Origin: an uncultured Aquimarina sp.
GTDB lineage: Bacteria; Bacteroidota; Bacteroidia; Flavobacteriales; Flavobacteriaceae
Reading direction: 5' to 3'
DNA: 64,000 bases
NCBI GenBank assembly: GCA_947496705.1
Contig: CANMDW010000003.1
Location: 217,622-281,621 of the forward strand
Shown: positions 47,857 through 57,287 of the stretch, piece by piece
How the letters are laid out: the number at the start of each line of letters is the position of its first letter
Numbering within the stretch: position 1 is the first letter of the stretch
The notes under the pieces: model-generated
Seen by the model: the letters and a program-made list of their open reading frames with translations, nothing else
Database searches by the model: none
Told to the model about the DNA's origin: nothing
Translations under genes and position numbers: made by a program

Positions 47857-49185
47857 TCAAGATGAGTTCAACAATCTGTTTGACGGATTAATAAAGATTT
47901 CTGAAAATATTCTCTCTTTTTCGATTTTTATAGACGGCCTGCTGGGATATGGAAGCACTAATGAGGTTCCATTTTTGAAAGGAACCAGCGTTTCGGTCAA
48001 TGCTTTGGGCTTGATTGAAGTTAATTTTTCGGGATCATGGGCCAGATGCTCTGCCGTTGCTGCTATCTCTGCAGGGCTAAAATCACCTTCTTTATTATAT
48101 CTCCAGTAGGTTCTTCTGTTTTTAAATCTGATTTCAAAAACCGGATGTGTTATCTTTTCATCGGTAGCGCTTATCCTGGTTTTAAGATATCCTTCTGTAT
48201 CCAACAGGCTGAATGGTGAATCCTGTTCATCCATCCTAATGTCTACTACTGCCAGATGATCTTTATTATACATCTCATCATTTAAGTATATCGAATAGAA
48301 TACTTCGGGTTCGGCATTGGCAATAACTTTAAGGGTATAAAAATCTGAAGGGATTAAGGCCGAATTTTCATCATTTTCATCAACTTTACTTAAGTCGAGA
48401 TCAATATTTTCTAAAGCTTCTGTTGCTGCTTTGTTTATTGTTTTTACCTCATTACTATCTTTATCCAGCAAAACAATTTCGATCTGAGTTATATTTTGCG
48501 ATTTTGCAATCTTGTAAGTAAACCTATGAGGTAGCAGTATATTATCGGCATCACTCACAAAGCGTTTATCTGCTATTTCTTCCCAATGACCCGGATCGTT
48601 TCCTGTTGTATATTGTAAGGCTTCTTTGATGGTTCCGGCAAAATCGGCAAGAGCTCCCATTTCATAACTCTTATTATCCTGATGCGTACTTACTTTGTTT
48701 GAAATTGGAAGTGATTTGTATGAAGGTACGGTATCTTCATCAAACTCATCTTTATCCTTATTGGTAAAGTAATGTATAGATGGCACCACAGGTCTTAAAC
48801 CAATATTTGTAATACTCTTTAAAAAGGGCGCGCGCGGTTTGATCGAAAAGGTAAAATTGGGATTGTCATCAAATTTGAAACGAGGTTTATAAAGTATTTC
48901 GCCCGATTTATTTTCGACACTTACCTCGGTCCCTACCATAAAACCGAAAACTGTATTTGCCAGTACTAATTTATATTTACTGAAATTCTCTTTGGTAGCA
49001 TAGTCGGCTTCAATCTCAAACAAATCTCTAACATCATACAGTCTGTTTACCATTTTTTTTGATAAAAGATCATTCTTATCTGCTTCATTTTGATCAAAAA
49101 AAGAAACTCCATCTGCAGTGGTTAAATAATAATCGTGTAGTACCTGAACCTCAAATAATCTTTTAAAGATTGTAGTGCTGGCCAT
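47857..49185 (-). CDS. eCIS conserved protein after the cap gene (putative cap adaptor, Alg16B-like)
   Basis: LF.V...HDYY N-terminus and FEIRFKNR.T.WRY; the assignment rests mainly on position between DUF4255 and sheath. Confidence 0.6.
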   Translation of the reverse strand: MASTTIFKRLFEVQVLHDYYLTTADGVSFFDQNEADKNDLLSKKMVNRLYDVRDLFEIEADYATKENFSKYKLVLANTVFGFMVGTEVSVENKSGEILYKPRFKFDDNPNFTFSIKPRAPFLKSITNIGLRPVVPSIHYFTNKDKDEFDEDTVPSYKSLPISNKVSTHQDNKSYEMGALADFAGTIKEALQYTTGNDPGHWEEIADKRFVSDADNILLPHRFTYKIAKSQNITQIEIVLLDKDSNEVKTINKAATEALENIDLDLSKVDENDENSALIPSDFYTLKVIANAEPEVFYSIYLNDEMYNKDHLAVVDIRMDEQDSPFSLLDTEGYLKTRISATDEKITHPVFEIRFKNRRTYWRYNKEGDFSPAEIAATAEHLAHDPEKLTSIKPKALTETLVPFKNGTSLVLPYPSRPSIKIEKERIFSEIFINPSNRLLNSS

Positions 49186-49186
49186 C

Positions 49187-49822
49187 CTAGTTGATATTTG
49201 TTAAATTCTCGTTATTTACTATTTCTTCGATCAATGGAGCAATCTCACTCGAGTTCTCTTTGATACTTACCAGTCTAATCTTGTACATGGCAAATGGCAC
49301 TTGTTTACCGCCTAGCGAACCCCACAAATGATTTATCTGCTCAAAGGTGAGGGTGTATAATTCTACATTCAGTTTTAATTCGTCTTTACTTTCCTGGGGT
49401 ATATTACTATCATTAGAAATCGTGGTAAAGGGTGAGTTTTTGACCGTAAAGCTTTTTTTAGCTTGAAAGAATTGTATCACCAGGGATAATCTGCCCAATG
49501 CAAACTCATATGCATCTTGCAAATCCTGCCCTAGTGTTGATGAAATAAGGATATACAGATTTAAAAAAACCGGAGGTTCTACATATTGTATCCCTTTTGG
49601 TGTTCTTAAAACGTTACTATTATTTTTTAAAGTACTTTCTTCTTCTGTATTGACCAGGGTAATAACAATCTTGTTATTTAGATCAGCCTGGCTATCGCTT
49701 TCCATCAAAGCGATATTATGCAGAATAACATCATCTTGTGTAATAGCATCTCCCGGCCTTTTATTTTGAAAGACATAATTGCTTAACTCATCTCTTAATA
49801 ATTTTAATGCAAGCCCAATCAT
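49187..49822 (-). CDS. DUF4255 cap / tail terminator (Afp16/Pvc16-like)
   Basis: ITLVNTEEE, PP..LNLYILIS, L..VIQFFQ, LWGSLGGKQ.P..MYK.RL. Confidence 0.9.
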   Translation of the reverse strand: MIGLALKLLRDELSNYVFQNKRPGDAITQDDVILHNIALMESDSQADLNNKIVITLVNTEEESTLKNNSNVLRTPKGIQYVEPPVFLNLYILISSTLGQDLQDAYEFALGRLSLVIQFFQAKKSFTVKNSPFTTISNDSNIPQESKDELKLNVELYTLTFEQINHLWGSLGGKQVPFAMYKIRLVSIKENSSEIAPLIEEIVNNENLTNIN

Positions 49823-49956
49823 AGATATAAATTAAATTCAAAACTTATGATTGATTTGTTGGGGTGGCAAACCAAGATTTTTTGTGTAAAAATTTTATGA
49901 AATACACCATCGACATTAGATTAGCATACATCTATTAAGTAAGCCAAAATGCGTTT

Positions 49957-50165
49957 CCCGATGGGTATCGGGTCTATAGTAAACTTCACCTGTATGACCT
50001 GCTTGTTACCAAACATGTTGGTGTTATCTTCAGATACACCTGATAAATCAACGGCCTTGGAGCAAGCTCACGAGGTATGCTTCCGAAAATACATTTTGTT
50101 TTCGAGGCAAGTCTGACTGGATCGGCAGACAGGCCTCCGGGAATTAAACCCTCTATGAGGGATTA
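49957..50165. repeat. REP-like palindromes upstream of the eCIS operon
   Basis: cccgat-gggt-atcggg (49957-49972; similar copy at 42485-42500); gaggcaag[tctgactggatcggcagacagg]cctccgggaatt (50104-50145). Confidence 0.55.
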
Positions 50166-50267
50166 AAAAGCAATAAAAAATGACGATAAAGTGTAATACC
50201 CTAAGAGTATGTTTAAATAAGCTCGTTCTTAGAAATACCCAAGTTTCAAAAAAATAAAGGAGAAGTC

Positions 50268-50287
50268 AATCCCCAAAAATGGGGATT
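50268..50287. promoter_or_regulatory. 20-bp palindrome AATCCCC-N6-GGGGATT, candidate regulator site
   Basis: Perfect 7-bp arms between luxR and the first eCIS gene; related AATACCC at 50195 and 50234. Confidence 0.35.
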
Positions 50288-50333
50288 TTTACTGTTAAAA
50301 AAATCAGTATAAGATCGTTAACCAAATGTTAAT

Positions 50334-51023
50334 TTACAGTTCTAATATCACTGTGGCCTTCTTAATTAACTGAGCAGTATTTTTTACCCGAAATTTTTTG
50401 ATCAAATGTTTGCGATGAGAAATAGCCGTGTGATTGCTTATACAAAGCTTCTCGGCAATCTGTTTTGAAGAAAACCCATCGGCTATAAGCTTTAGTACTT
50501 CTTCTTCTCTTGAAGATACATGTGAAACCTGATTTTTTAAAAAATTTCTTCCCCGATACCCGCCATTAATTTTAACGCAGCGTTCCATCTCTTCCTGTTC
50601 AGAAACATCAAAAAAATAATTTAACGCAAACATTTTCCTCTTTAACTTATATATCAGGATTTCATGTTTTACACATATCTGTTCTCCCTGAAAATTGGTG
50701 ATATGATATTGAAGTGTGATGATATCTCTAACCAGCGGAGTGGAAAAAAAATTAAATATCCTGTTTTTTATTTGTGCAACTTCATTTTGAATGATGAGGG
50801 AAAACCAAAAATCCCAACCATTTTTAATAAGTCGATTCGAATTAAAACCAAGAACATGTTCAAAGACTCTGTTGCAATACAAAAATCTATCTTCTTTAAT
50901 AAGATAGATACTGATCATCAGCTTTTTTGTATCATCGCAAGTATTTAAGATTTTTGAAATTTCTGAAGTAAGAACTGCCTCTCCCAAATAGGGGTGCGGA
51001 TAAAAATTAAGGTTAGGTTTCAT
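50334..51023 (-). CDS. PAS-like plus LuxR HTH transcriptional regulator
   Basis: C-terminal SSREEEVLKLIADGFSSKQIAEKLCISNHTAISHRKHLIKKF.VKN; ATG 51023 preferred over the longer track start at 51149. Confidence 0.9.
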   Translation of the reverse strand: MKPNLNFYPHPYLGEAVLTSEISKILNTCDDTKKLMISIYLIKEDRFLYCNRVFEHVLGFNSNRLIKNGWDFWFSLIIQNEVAQIKNRIFNFFSTPLVRDIITLQYHITNFQGEQICVKHEILIYKLKRKMFALNYFFDVSEQEEMERCVKINGGYRGRNFLKNQVSHVSSREEEVLKLIADGFSSKQIAEKLCISNHTAISHRKHLIKKFRVKNTAQLIKKATVILEL

Positions 51024-51174
51024 AAGAGTTTTGTTGTTTGGTGTGAAAAATAAATTGGTATAAATTGTTAGTATAAAGTTGAAGATTAATTTCTTGAAAC
51101 ACAAGGGATCGTTTAGGGGATTTAACCCCTTTTTTATAGGGTATATCAACAGCTAATTCTTACGGCAAACAGTA

Positions 51175-51212
51175 TTTGGAATAATTCCTATAAAAATAGG
51201 AATTATTCCAAA
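51175..51212. promoter_or_regulatory. Perfect 17-bp inverted repeat made of two GGA-N5-TCC boxes (candidate SOS operator)
   Basis: tttggaataattcctat-aaaa-ataggaattattccaaa; boxes at 51178-51188 and 51199-51209, upstream of the radical SAM gene and divergent luxR. Confidence 0.7.
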
Positions 51213-51250
51213 TTATTATATACCTTTACGCTGCAAAAAAATAGCATATT

Positions 51251-52324
51251 TTGAAACCTAAAGAATATATAAAAGGCCGGGGTGCCCAGGAAAAAATCCA
51301 TAATAGATTTGCTCAAAATCAGTATGAGGTTCGGGATGATTTTTTAAATTATTGTGAAGCAGAAGGAGAAACTGCATTCAATACACAAACCACGTTTATA
51401 GAAACGTTTCCAAAAACGATTGTAAATAAAGTCGATAGCCCCGATGTAGGCATGATGTATTCGCTTAATCCGTATCAGGGCTGTGAGCATGGATGTGTGT
51501 ATTGCTATGCCCGTAATTCTCATGAATACTGGGGTTATGGTGCCGGACTGGATTTTGAGAGTAAGATTTTGGTAAAGAAAAATGCTGCAAAATTATTAGA
51601 GAAGAAATTACGTAATAAAAACTGGAAAGCATATCCTATTTCCCTTTCGGGAAACACAGATTGTTATCAACCTATCGAGAAAAAGCTTAAGATTACCCGT
51701 AGTCTTCTTGAAACTTTTTTAAAATACAGGCATCCGGTTGGCATTATCACCAAAAATGCCTTGATACAAAGAGATCTCGATCTTCTTTCTGAATTAGCCA
51801 AACACAAGCTGGTGTCTGTATTTCTTTCTATCACTTCATTGCAAGAACAAACCCGAAGGATACTAGAACCCAGAACAGCCAGTATAAAAAAACGGCTGGA
51901 AACGCTTGAAAAATTAAATGCTTCAGGAATCCCAACAAATGTAATGATGGCTCCAATCATTCCATCGATTAACAGTCATGAAATACTACCATTAACCAAA
52001 GAAATTTCTAAACGCGGTGCAAAAACCGTTGGATATACCATTGTAAGATTAAACGGAGCCATCGGAAGAATTTTTACCAAGTGGCTGGAAAACACTCTAC
52101 CCGATCGAAAAGATCGAATTTTGAACCAGATCAAAGAATGCCATAACGGAAACTTAAATGATAGCCGTTTTGGAACAAGAATGACAGGATCTGGCAATAC
52201 AGCAGAACAAATTCATCAACTATTTGCTCTCGCAAGAAAGAAGTATTTTCCCAAAGAATATAAGATTCAGCTCAATTGTGATCTTCATGAAAGTTATAAA
52301 GATGGTCAATTGAGATTGTTTTAA
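51251..52324 (+). CDS. PA0069-family (SplB-like) radical SAM protein
   Basis: NPYQGCEHGCVYCYAR (CxxxCxxC), SGNTDCYQPIE, LEPRTAS; TTG start. Confidence 0.92.
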   Translation: MKPKEYIKGRGAQEKIHNRFAQNQYEVRDDFLNYCEAEGETAFNTQTTFIETFPKTIVNKVDSPDVGMMYSLNPYQGCEHGCVYCYARNSHEYWGYGAGLDFESKILVKKNAAKLLEKKLRNKNWKAYPISLSGNTDCYQPIEKKLKITRSLLETFLKYRHPVGIITKNALIQRDLDLLSELAKHKLVSVFLSITSLQEQTRRILEPRTASIKKRLETLEKLNASGIPTNVMMAPIIPSINSHEILPLTKEISKRGAKTVGYTIVRLNGAIGRIFTKWLENTLPDRKDRILNQIKECHNGNLNDSRFGTRMTGSGNTAEQIHQLFALARKKYFPKEYKIQLNCDLHESYKDGQLRLF

Positions 52325-52657
52325 CCCATGCCAGAAGCAAATTATCAGGTAAAATGGTTTTGGTAAGACAACTACAAAGTTTTGTCTTGAAGGTAGAACA
52401 TCGTTTTCTTTTTGAAGCAACTCCCGGCTCGATAGGTGCAATACCCACAAAAATCAAGCTGTAAAACATGTGTATGTGCCCCCAAAGCGCTGATGGCTCT
52501 TCAAGAAACTTATTGACAGGTCAAAGAAAGTAAAAAATATGGGCTGAAAACGGCTGGAAACCTCGCCAACACTAGAAATTTGCCTCAGAAAATGTTGTAA
52601 TGAGAAAAATAAGGTCTAAAATTTGACTCTCTTCTAAGTTGAACTGATCACCTTCCA

Positions 52658-53311
52658 TCACAACTCGCCTTTCCACTCTTTATAGAATTGTGCTAAAAAC
52701 TGCTCCATAAAAGCATGTCTTTGTAGTGCAAGTCTTTTACCGGTTTTGGTATTCATTCTGTCTTTAAGCAGTAATAATTTTTCATAGAAATGATTAAGTG
52801 TGGGTGCGGTAGCATTCTTATATTCATCTTTGGTCATTGTAAGATTAGGAGCAATATCCGGATCGTACAAAGCTCTGTTTTTAAATCCGCCATAGTTAAA
52901 ACATCTGGCAATTCCCACTGCGCCAATAGCATCTAGCCGATCTGCATCTTGTATCACATCCAATTCTGGAGATTTGAATTTCTGCGTTATGTTTCCGCCT
53001 TTGAAAGAAATATGCTCAATAATCATAATCACATGATCAATTACTTCTTTTTTCACCTTCAGGCTTTTCAGAAAATCGCCGGCAATTTTGGGTCCCACAG
53101 ATTCATTTCCGTGATGAAATTTGGAATCTGCAATATCGTGAAGTAATGCTCCCAGCGAAACCACAAAAAGATCTACGGCTTCATCTTTGGCAATCAGTTT
53201 GGCATTATTAAACACCCTTTGGGTGTGAAACCAATCATGCCCACCTTCGGCATTGTTGAGTGTTTCTTTTACAAAATCAATAGTTTTTGATATAATCTGA
53301 TTTTCAGTCAT
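52658..53311 (-). CDS. HD-domain phosphohydrolase (YedJ-like)
   Basis: GHDWFH, LLHDIAD, QDADRLDAIGA, HFYEKLL. Confidence 0.9.
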   Translation of the reverse strand: MTENQIISKTIDFVKETLNNAEGGHDWFHTQRVFNNAKLIAKDEAVDLFVVSLGALLHDIADSKFHHGNESVGPKIAGDFLKSLKVKKEVIDHVIMIIEHISFKGGNITQKFKSPELDVIQDADRLDAIGAVGIARCFNYGGFKNRALYDPDIAPNLTMTKDEYKNATAPTLNHFYEKLLLLKDRMNTKTGKRLALQRHAFMEQFLAQFYKEWKGEL

Positions 53312-53325
53312 ATCTCAACAATACA

Positions 53326-54321
53326 TTATTTTGCTACAGCCGGTTGCACCCATTTAAACTCGAAAATCGTCTCAGGAATTCTAAGCCTTTCATTAATACG
53401 CTGCATTCGTGCCGGTAATTTCATCACAAAGTCACGGGCTCGCTCTGCCTCATCATTAAGGTCGATGAGTTTATCTATTTCCCACTTATTAATAAGGCGC
53501 TGCATGATATCTATATAATCCTGTGAAGTGTATACTCCCAGACGTTGAGCGGCATAAGAAAATTCTTCAAAGGCACTACCAATTGCTTCTCCCGACTCTC
53601 TGAGAAAATGTGCCGGCATCACAATTTTTTTCTTCATCATATCACTAAATGCGATCATCATCTGGCTGGGGTCTACTTCAAGAATTTGTTTTACAAATTC
53701 GCTATAGGCATTAAAATGGCGCATCTCGTCCCCTGCTATGATCTTGCACATCTTGGCCAAAGATTTGTTTGAATACTCTTTTGCCATTTTTGCAACCCGG
53801 TTATGAGAAATATAGGTAGCCAGCTCCTGAAAACTCGTATATACAAAATTCTTATAAGGATCGCGATCGGTTCCGATATCAAAACCATCATTAATGAGGT
53901 GCTGGGTTGTTCTTTCTACCTCTATCATATTTACCCTTCCAGACAAATACAAATATTTATTCAAGGTATCCCCATGACGGTTCTCTTCACTGGTCCAATA
54001 GCGAGTCCATCTGGACCAGCCGTTACCCCCTTCTTGTTGGTTGATTCCTTCGACATCCATCAACCAGGATTCGTAGGTGGGCAATGCTTCTTCGGTAATG
54101 GTATCACCAACCAAAACCACCCAAAAATCATAGGGGAGCTCTTTTGCCAATTCTCTTAATTCTTTGACCTCTTCAAAAAAAGTTTCTTCGTTTTGTGAAT
54201 CGGGTAAAAAATCGGTGGGTTGCCATACTTTGTCTATCGGAATCAAAAATGACTCAATAAAAGAATCCACTTTCTTTTCTAATAACTGCATTACCTCTAA
54301 TCTTATATTATCTATAGCCAT
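53326..54321 (-). CDS. Acyl-ACP desaturase (ferritin-like di-iron)
   Basis: WQPTDFLP, ITEEALPTY, W..EENRHG, QELAT, DEMRH. Confidence 0.93.
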   Translation of the reverse strand: MAIDNIRLEVMQLLEKKVDSFIESFLIPIDKVWQPTDFLPDSQNEETFFEEVKELRELAKELPYDFWVVLVGDTITEEALPTYESWLMDVEGINQQEGGNGWSRWTRYWTSEENRHGDTLNKYLYLSGRVNMIEVERTTQHLINDGFDIGTDRDPYKNFVYTSFQELATYISHNRVAKMAKEYSNKSLAKMCKIIAGDEMRHFNAYSEFVKQILEVDPSQMMIAFSDMMKKKIVMPAHFLRESGEAIGSAFEEFSYAAQRLGVYTSQDYIDIMQRLINKWEIDKLIDLNDEAERARDFVMKLPARMQRINERLRIPETIFEFKWVQPAVAK

Positions 54322-54333
54322 TATGATTATATG

Positions 54334-55083
54334 TTACGTTTTTATTGTTGATATGATTCGTTCTTCAATTGTTGCTATTAGCTTATCTGTTTTTTTATTA
54401 TCAATAGCTAAGGGTTGGTGTACTTCTAATGTTAAGCGTACCCCTATTCCCATAGGGAAATTACCAAACCTTACCAGTTTCCAGCTATTGTTGATTGTTA
54501 CAGGAACTACCAAAGCTTCAGGAGCATTTTTGAACAGAATCTTTAAACCTGTATGGGCAAATTCTTTTGGTTTTCCATCCTTGCTTCTTGTCCCCTCTGG
54601 GAAAATTACTGCAGAAAAGTTGTTTTTGGCAATAAACTTACCAAATTTTGTTAAAACAGGAACCGATTGTTTTGGATTTTTTCTGTCTATTAATGCATTA
54701 CCGCCATGCCGCAGGTTGAAAGAAATACTGGGAATTCCCTTTCCTAATTCAATTTTGGAAATAAACTTGGCTTTATGTTTCCGCATAAACCATATAATCA
54801 TAGGGATATCAAACATACTTTGATGGTTTGACACAATAATCAATGACCTGTTTATTGGCAACTTTTGTGTGTTTGTATACCGTACCGTAACCCCAAGTAT
54901 ATGAAGACAAACGAGTAATCCCAGGTTTAAGTAATCAACCACAGTTCTAAGTCCTTTGGCACCACCCAATTTTAATCCTAACCATTCTAATGGATGAAAC
55001 ACGACCAATGTAAGCCCAAAAAATATATAAAACAATACGCTTAACGGATAAGACAGTATCTTTTTAATAAGCTCCATATTCAT
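54334..55083 (-). CDS. Lysophospholipid acyltransferase (PlsC family)
   Basis: NHQSMFD (HxxxxD) and FPEGTRS; start likely ATG 55083 or 55077 rather than 55176. Confidence 0.9.
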   Translation of the reverse strand: MNMELIKKILSYPLSVLFYIFFGLTLVVFHPLEWLGLKLGGAKGLRTVVDYLNLGLLVCLHILGVTVRYTNTQKLPINRSLIIVSNHQSMFDIPMIIWFMRKHKAKFISKIELGKGIPSISFNLRHGGNALIDRKNPKQSVPVLTKFGKFIAKNNFSAVIFPEGTRSKDGKPKEFAHTGLKILFKNAPEALVVPVTINNSWKLVRFGNFPMGIGVRLTLEVHQPLAIDNKKTDKLIATIEERIISTIKT

Positions 55084-55272
55084 TTTTTGTGTGAAAGCTT
55101 CTATAGAACTCATTTGAACTTTTACTTTTTGCCCTCCTGCCAGATCTACCTGGCATACAGGCTCGCTTAAAAACAAAGTTCAAAATGCGTTCATTTAAAA
55201 GAAGCTGCAAGGTCTGATATTATTTTTAGTTAGCCAACAGTTTAATGTACTTAAATTAGTATCTGAAAAACA

Positions 55273-55299
55273 AAACCGTCCCGGGTTCCGGAACGGTTT
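55273..55299 (-). terminator. Rho-independent terminator after the bacilliredoxin gene
   Basis: aaaccgtcccgg-gtt-ccggaacggttt stem followed by a T tract on the minus strand. Confidence 0.6.
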
Positions 55300-55333
55300 A
55301 AAATCATATTTAGTATATGTTTACAGAATGTCT

Positions 55334-55744
55334 TTAGCAATGCTCGTTATATGCATCTATAAGGTTTTCTGCAATCATTTCTGCAGGTCTCCCTTCGATA
55401 TGATGACGCTCCAGCATATGTACTAACTCTCCATTTTTAAACAATGCCATAGAAGGCGATGATGGCGGGAATGGAATCATATACCCTCTGGCTTTATCGG
55501 TAGCTTCCCGGTCTACACCCGCAAAAACAGTGACCAAATTATCAGGTTTCTTGTCATTATTTAATGAAGCTTTTGCTCCCGGGCGTGCATTGGCTGCTGC
55601 ACAACCACAAACCGAATTTACAACCACCAATGTAGTTCCTTCTTTGGTCATGGCATCAATTACTGCTTCCTCTGTATGTAATTCTTCAAAACCAATACCG
55701 GTGAGATCTTCACGCATTGGTTTTACTAACTCTGCTGGATACAT
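55334..55744 (-). CDS. BrxA/BrxB family bacilliredoxin
   Basis: MYP..LVKPMR, NSVCGCAAANARP (CGC), PPSSPS.ALFK.G. Confidence 0.93.
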   Translation of the reverse strand: MYPAELVKPMREDLTGIGFEELHTEEAVIDAMTKEGTTLVVVNSVCGCAAANARPGAKASLNNDKKPDNLVTVFAGVDREATDKARGYMIPFPPSSPSMALFKNGELVHMLERHHIEGRPAEMIAENLIDAYNEHC

Positions 55745-55951
55745 ATTTCTTTTTGTTTTCGTTTAAATTTTTCGTGCAAAGATACAAATTATCCCTTTGA
55801 TAACTCTAAAATAGTCGCAAAAGGAGGTTAAAACTGACGTTAAAAGTAATAATCCGCGTAACAAGACTACGTTAAAATCTACTAATAGGATACATGAATA
55901 AACTGCTTTTGAATTTTTACCAGTATCTTTACTCCCCAAAAATTGTTCTGA

Positions 55952-56686
55952 ATGATTAAATGGTTTGCTGCCGTATTAGGATATATATTTTTCAGGTTCC
56001 CGGGAGCCGTTCTCGGCTTCATTGTAGGAAGCCTTCTTGATGCAACTACGATAAAAACCAGTGGTGGGTTTAAACAAGTTTTTACACAACAAGAACAGGT
56101 CACACCCAAAGATTTTGAGCTAAATCTATTGTCACTTTCATCTATCGTTATTAAAGCCGATGGCCATATCAATGAAACCGAATTGAATTATGTGCGACAA
56201 TATTTTGTAAGTGCCTATGGTAAAGAACGAGCCAATGCCACTTTTAGAACATTTAATGAAATTATCAAAAACAGACAAGTTTCTGCACCACGCATATGTA
56301 TGTATATCAATCAACATACACGATACCCATCGAGATTGCAGATTTTGCATTTTTTATTCGGAATTGCCAATGCAGACGGACATGTAAGCCAATCGGAAGC
56401 TGAAGAGATTCGTAGAATAGCTGGCTTTTTAAGAATCAACTTCAGAGATTTTGAGAGTATTAAAGCGATGTTCTTCAAAACAGGAGATCACGCCTATAAA
56501 ATCCTGGAGATAGATAAAAACGCTTCAGATTCTGAAGTGAAAAAAGCGTTCAGAACCATGGCCAAAAAATACCATCCCGATAAAGTGCAGCATATGGAAG
56601 AGGTACATATCAAAGGTGCCGAAGCCAAATTCAAAGAGGTACAAAAGGCCTATGATCAAATTAAGAAAGAACGAGGGATGAGTTGA
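55952..56686 (+). CDS. TerB-like plus DnaJ co-chaperone (DjlA-like)
   Basis: N-terminal TM, VIKADG, ANADG, C-terminal J domain AYKILE...KKYHPDK. Confidence 0.9.
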   Translation: MIKWFAAVLGYIFFRFPGAVLGFIVGSLLDATTIKTSGGFKQVFTQQEQVTPKDFELNLLSLSSIVIKADGHINETELNYVRQYFVSAYGKERANATFRTFNEIIKNRQVSAPRICMYINQHTRYPSRLQILHFLFGIANADGHVSQSEAEEIRRIAGFLRINFRDFESIKAMFFKTGDHAYKILEIDKNASDSEVKKAFRTMAKKYHPDKVQHMEEVHIKGAEAKFKEVQKAYDQIKKERGMS

Positions 56687-56762
56687 CCTACGAATTACTA
56701 AAAAGATGTGGATACACCGTAGCTGCCGCAAGGCAGGTTTGGAATACAATTTCGATGGAAAG

Positions 56763-57070
56763 GAGGCAGAGCCTGCCTGGATCGGCCTCGAGGAATTCTT
56801 TTCGATTAAAGCAGTGACACATTGATGGTGAAGATTTTAAATAAAAAATTTCTTGAAACCGACCCTGCCTTGCCGACAGGCAGGTATCCCCGAGGCAAGC
56901 CATAGGGGTATTTCGCCGGTTTCATTTTGGCCTCGGGGCCAAAAACCGAAATTTTGTATTTAGCCTCACCCGGAACTGCCAAAAAAGGCAGTTCCGACCT
57001 CTCCCAAGGAGAGGTTATTCGGAAACCCTGTCTGCAACAGGCAGGCCCGAGGCAGAGCCGTCGGGGAATT
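56763..57070. repeat. Cluster of REP-like palindromes with nested CCTGCC...GGCAGG hairpins
   Basis: gaggcagag[cctgcctggatcgg]cctcgaggaatt; cctgcct-tgccgac-aggcagg (56864-56884) next to ccccgaggcaagccatagggg; cccgaggcagagccgtcgggg near 57046. Confidence 0.7.
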
Positions 57071-57287
57071 ATTTAGATGAAACACCATTTCCAATTATAC
57101 CTGGTTTAATAAAAAGATATAATACTGTTTTGTGAATTGGGAGATATTTCCATAGATACCGATTAGGATATAAAGTCGGTCAAAGAGTCAAGGCTAAAAA
57201 TTTATACTGATCAGGATGAAATTTGTGACATGTATATAGATATCTTGTGATAAGATGCTTAAGAATTGATGGCGTATTACTCTGAAA

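Larger units (their letters stand above)
6914..49822 (-). other. Extracellular contractile injection system (eCIS) locus with cargo/immunity genes and an accessory cassette
   Basis: Co-oriented cap, sheath, tubes, LysM initiator, spike, PAAR, gp25, two wedges, tape measure, AAA+ ATPase and DUF4157 cargo; no head or packaging genes. Confidence 0.95.

Noticed and set aside
6914-49822. Prophage or canonical T6SS
   Set aside because: No capsid, portal, terminase, integrase or replication genes and no TssB/C, TssJLM or ClpV; gene set and order match Afp/PVC-type eCIS.
52330-52620. Possible HUH transposase fragment (GHIH in a minus-strand frame)
   Set aside because: The frame is short, has an upstream stop and no catalytic Tyr context or element ends; not supportable.
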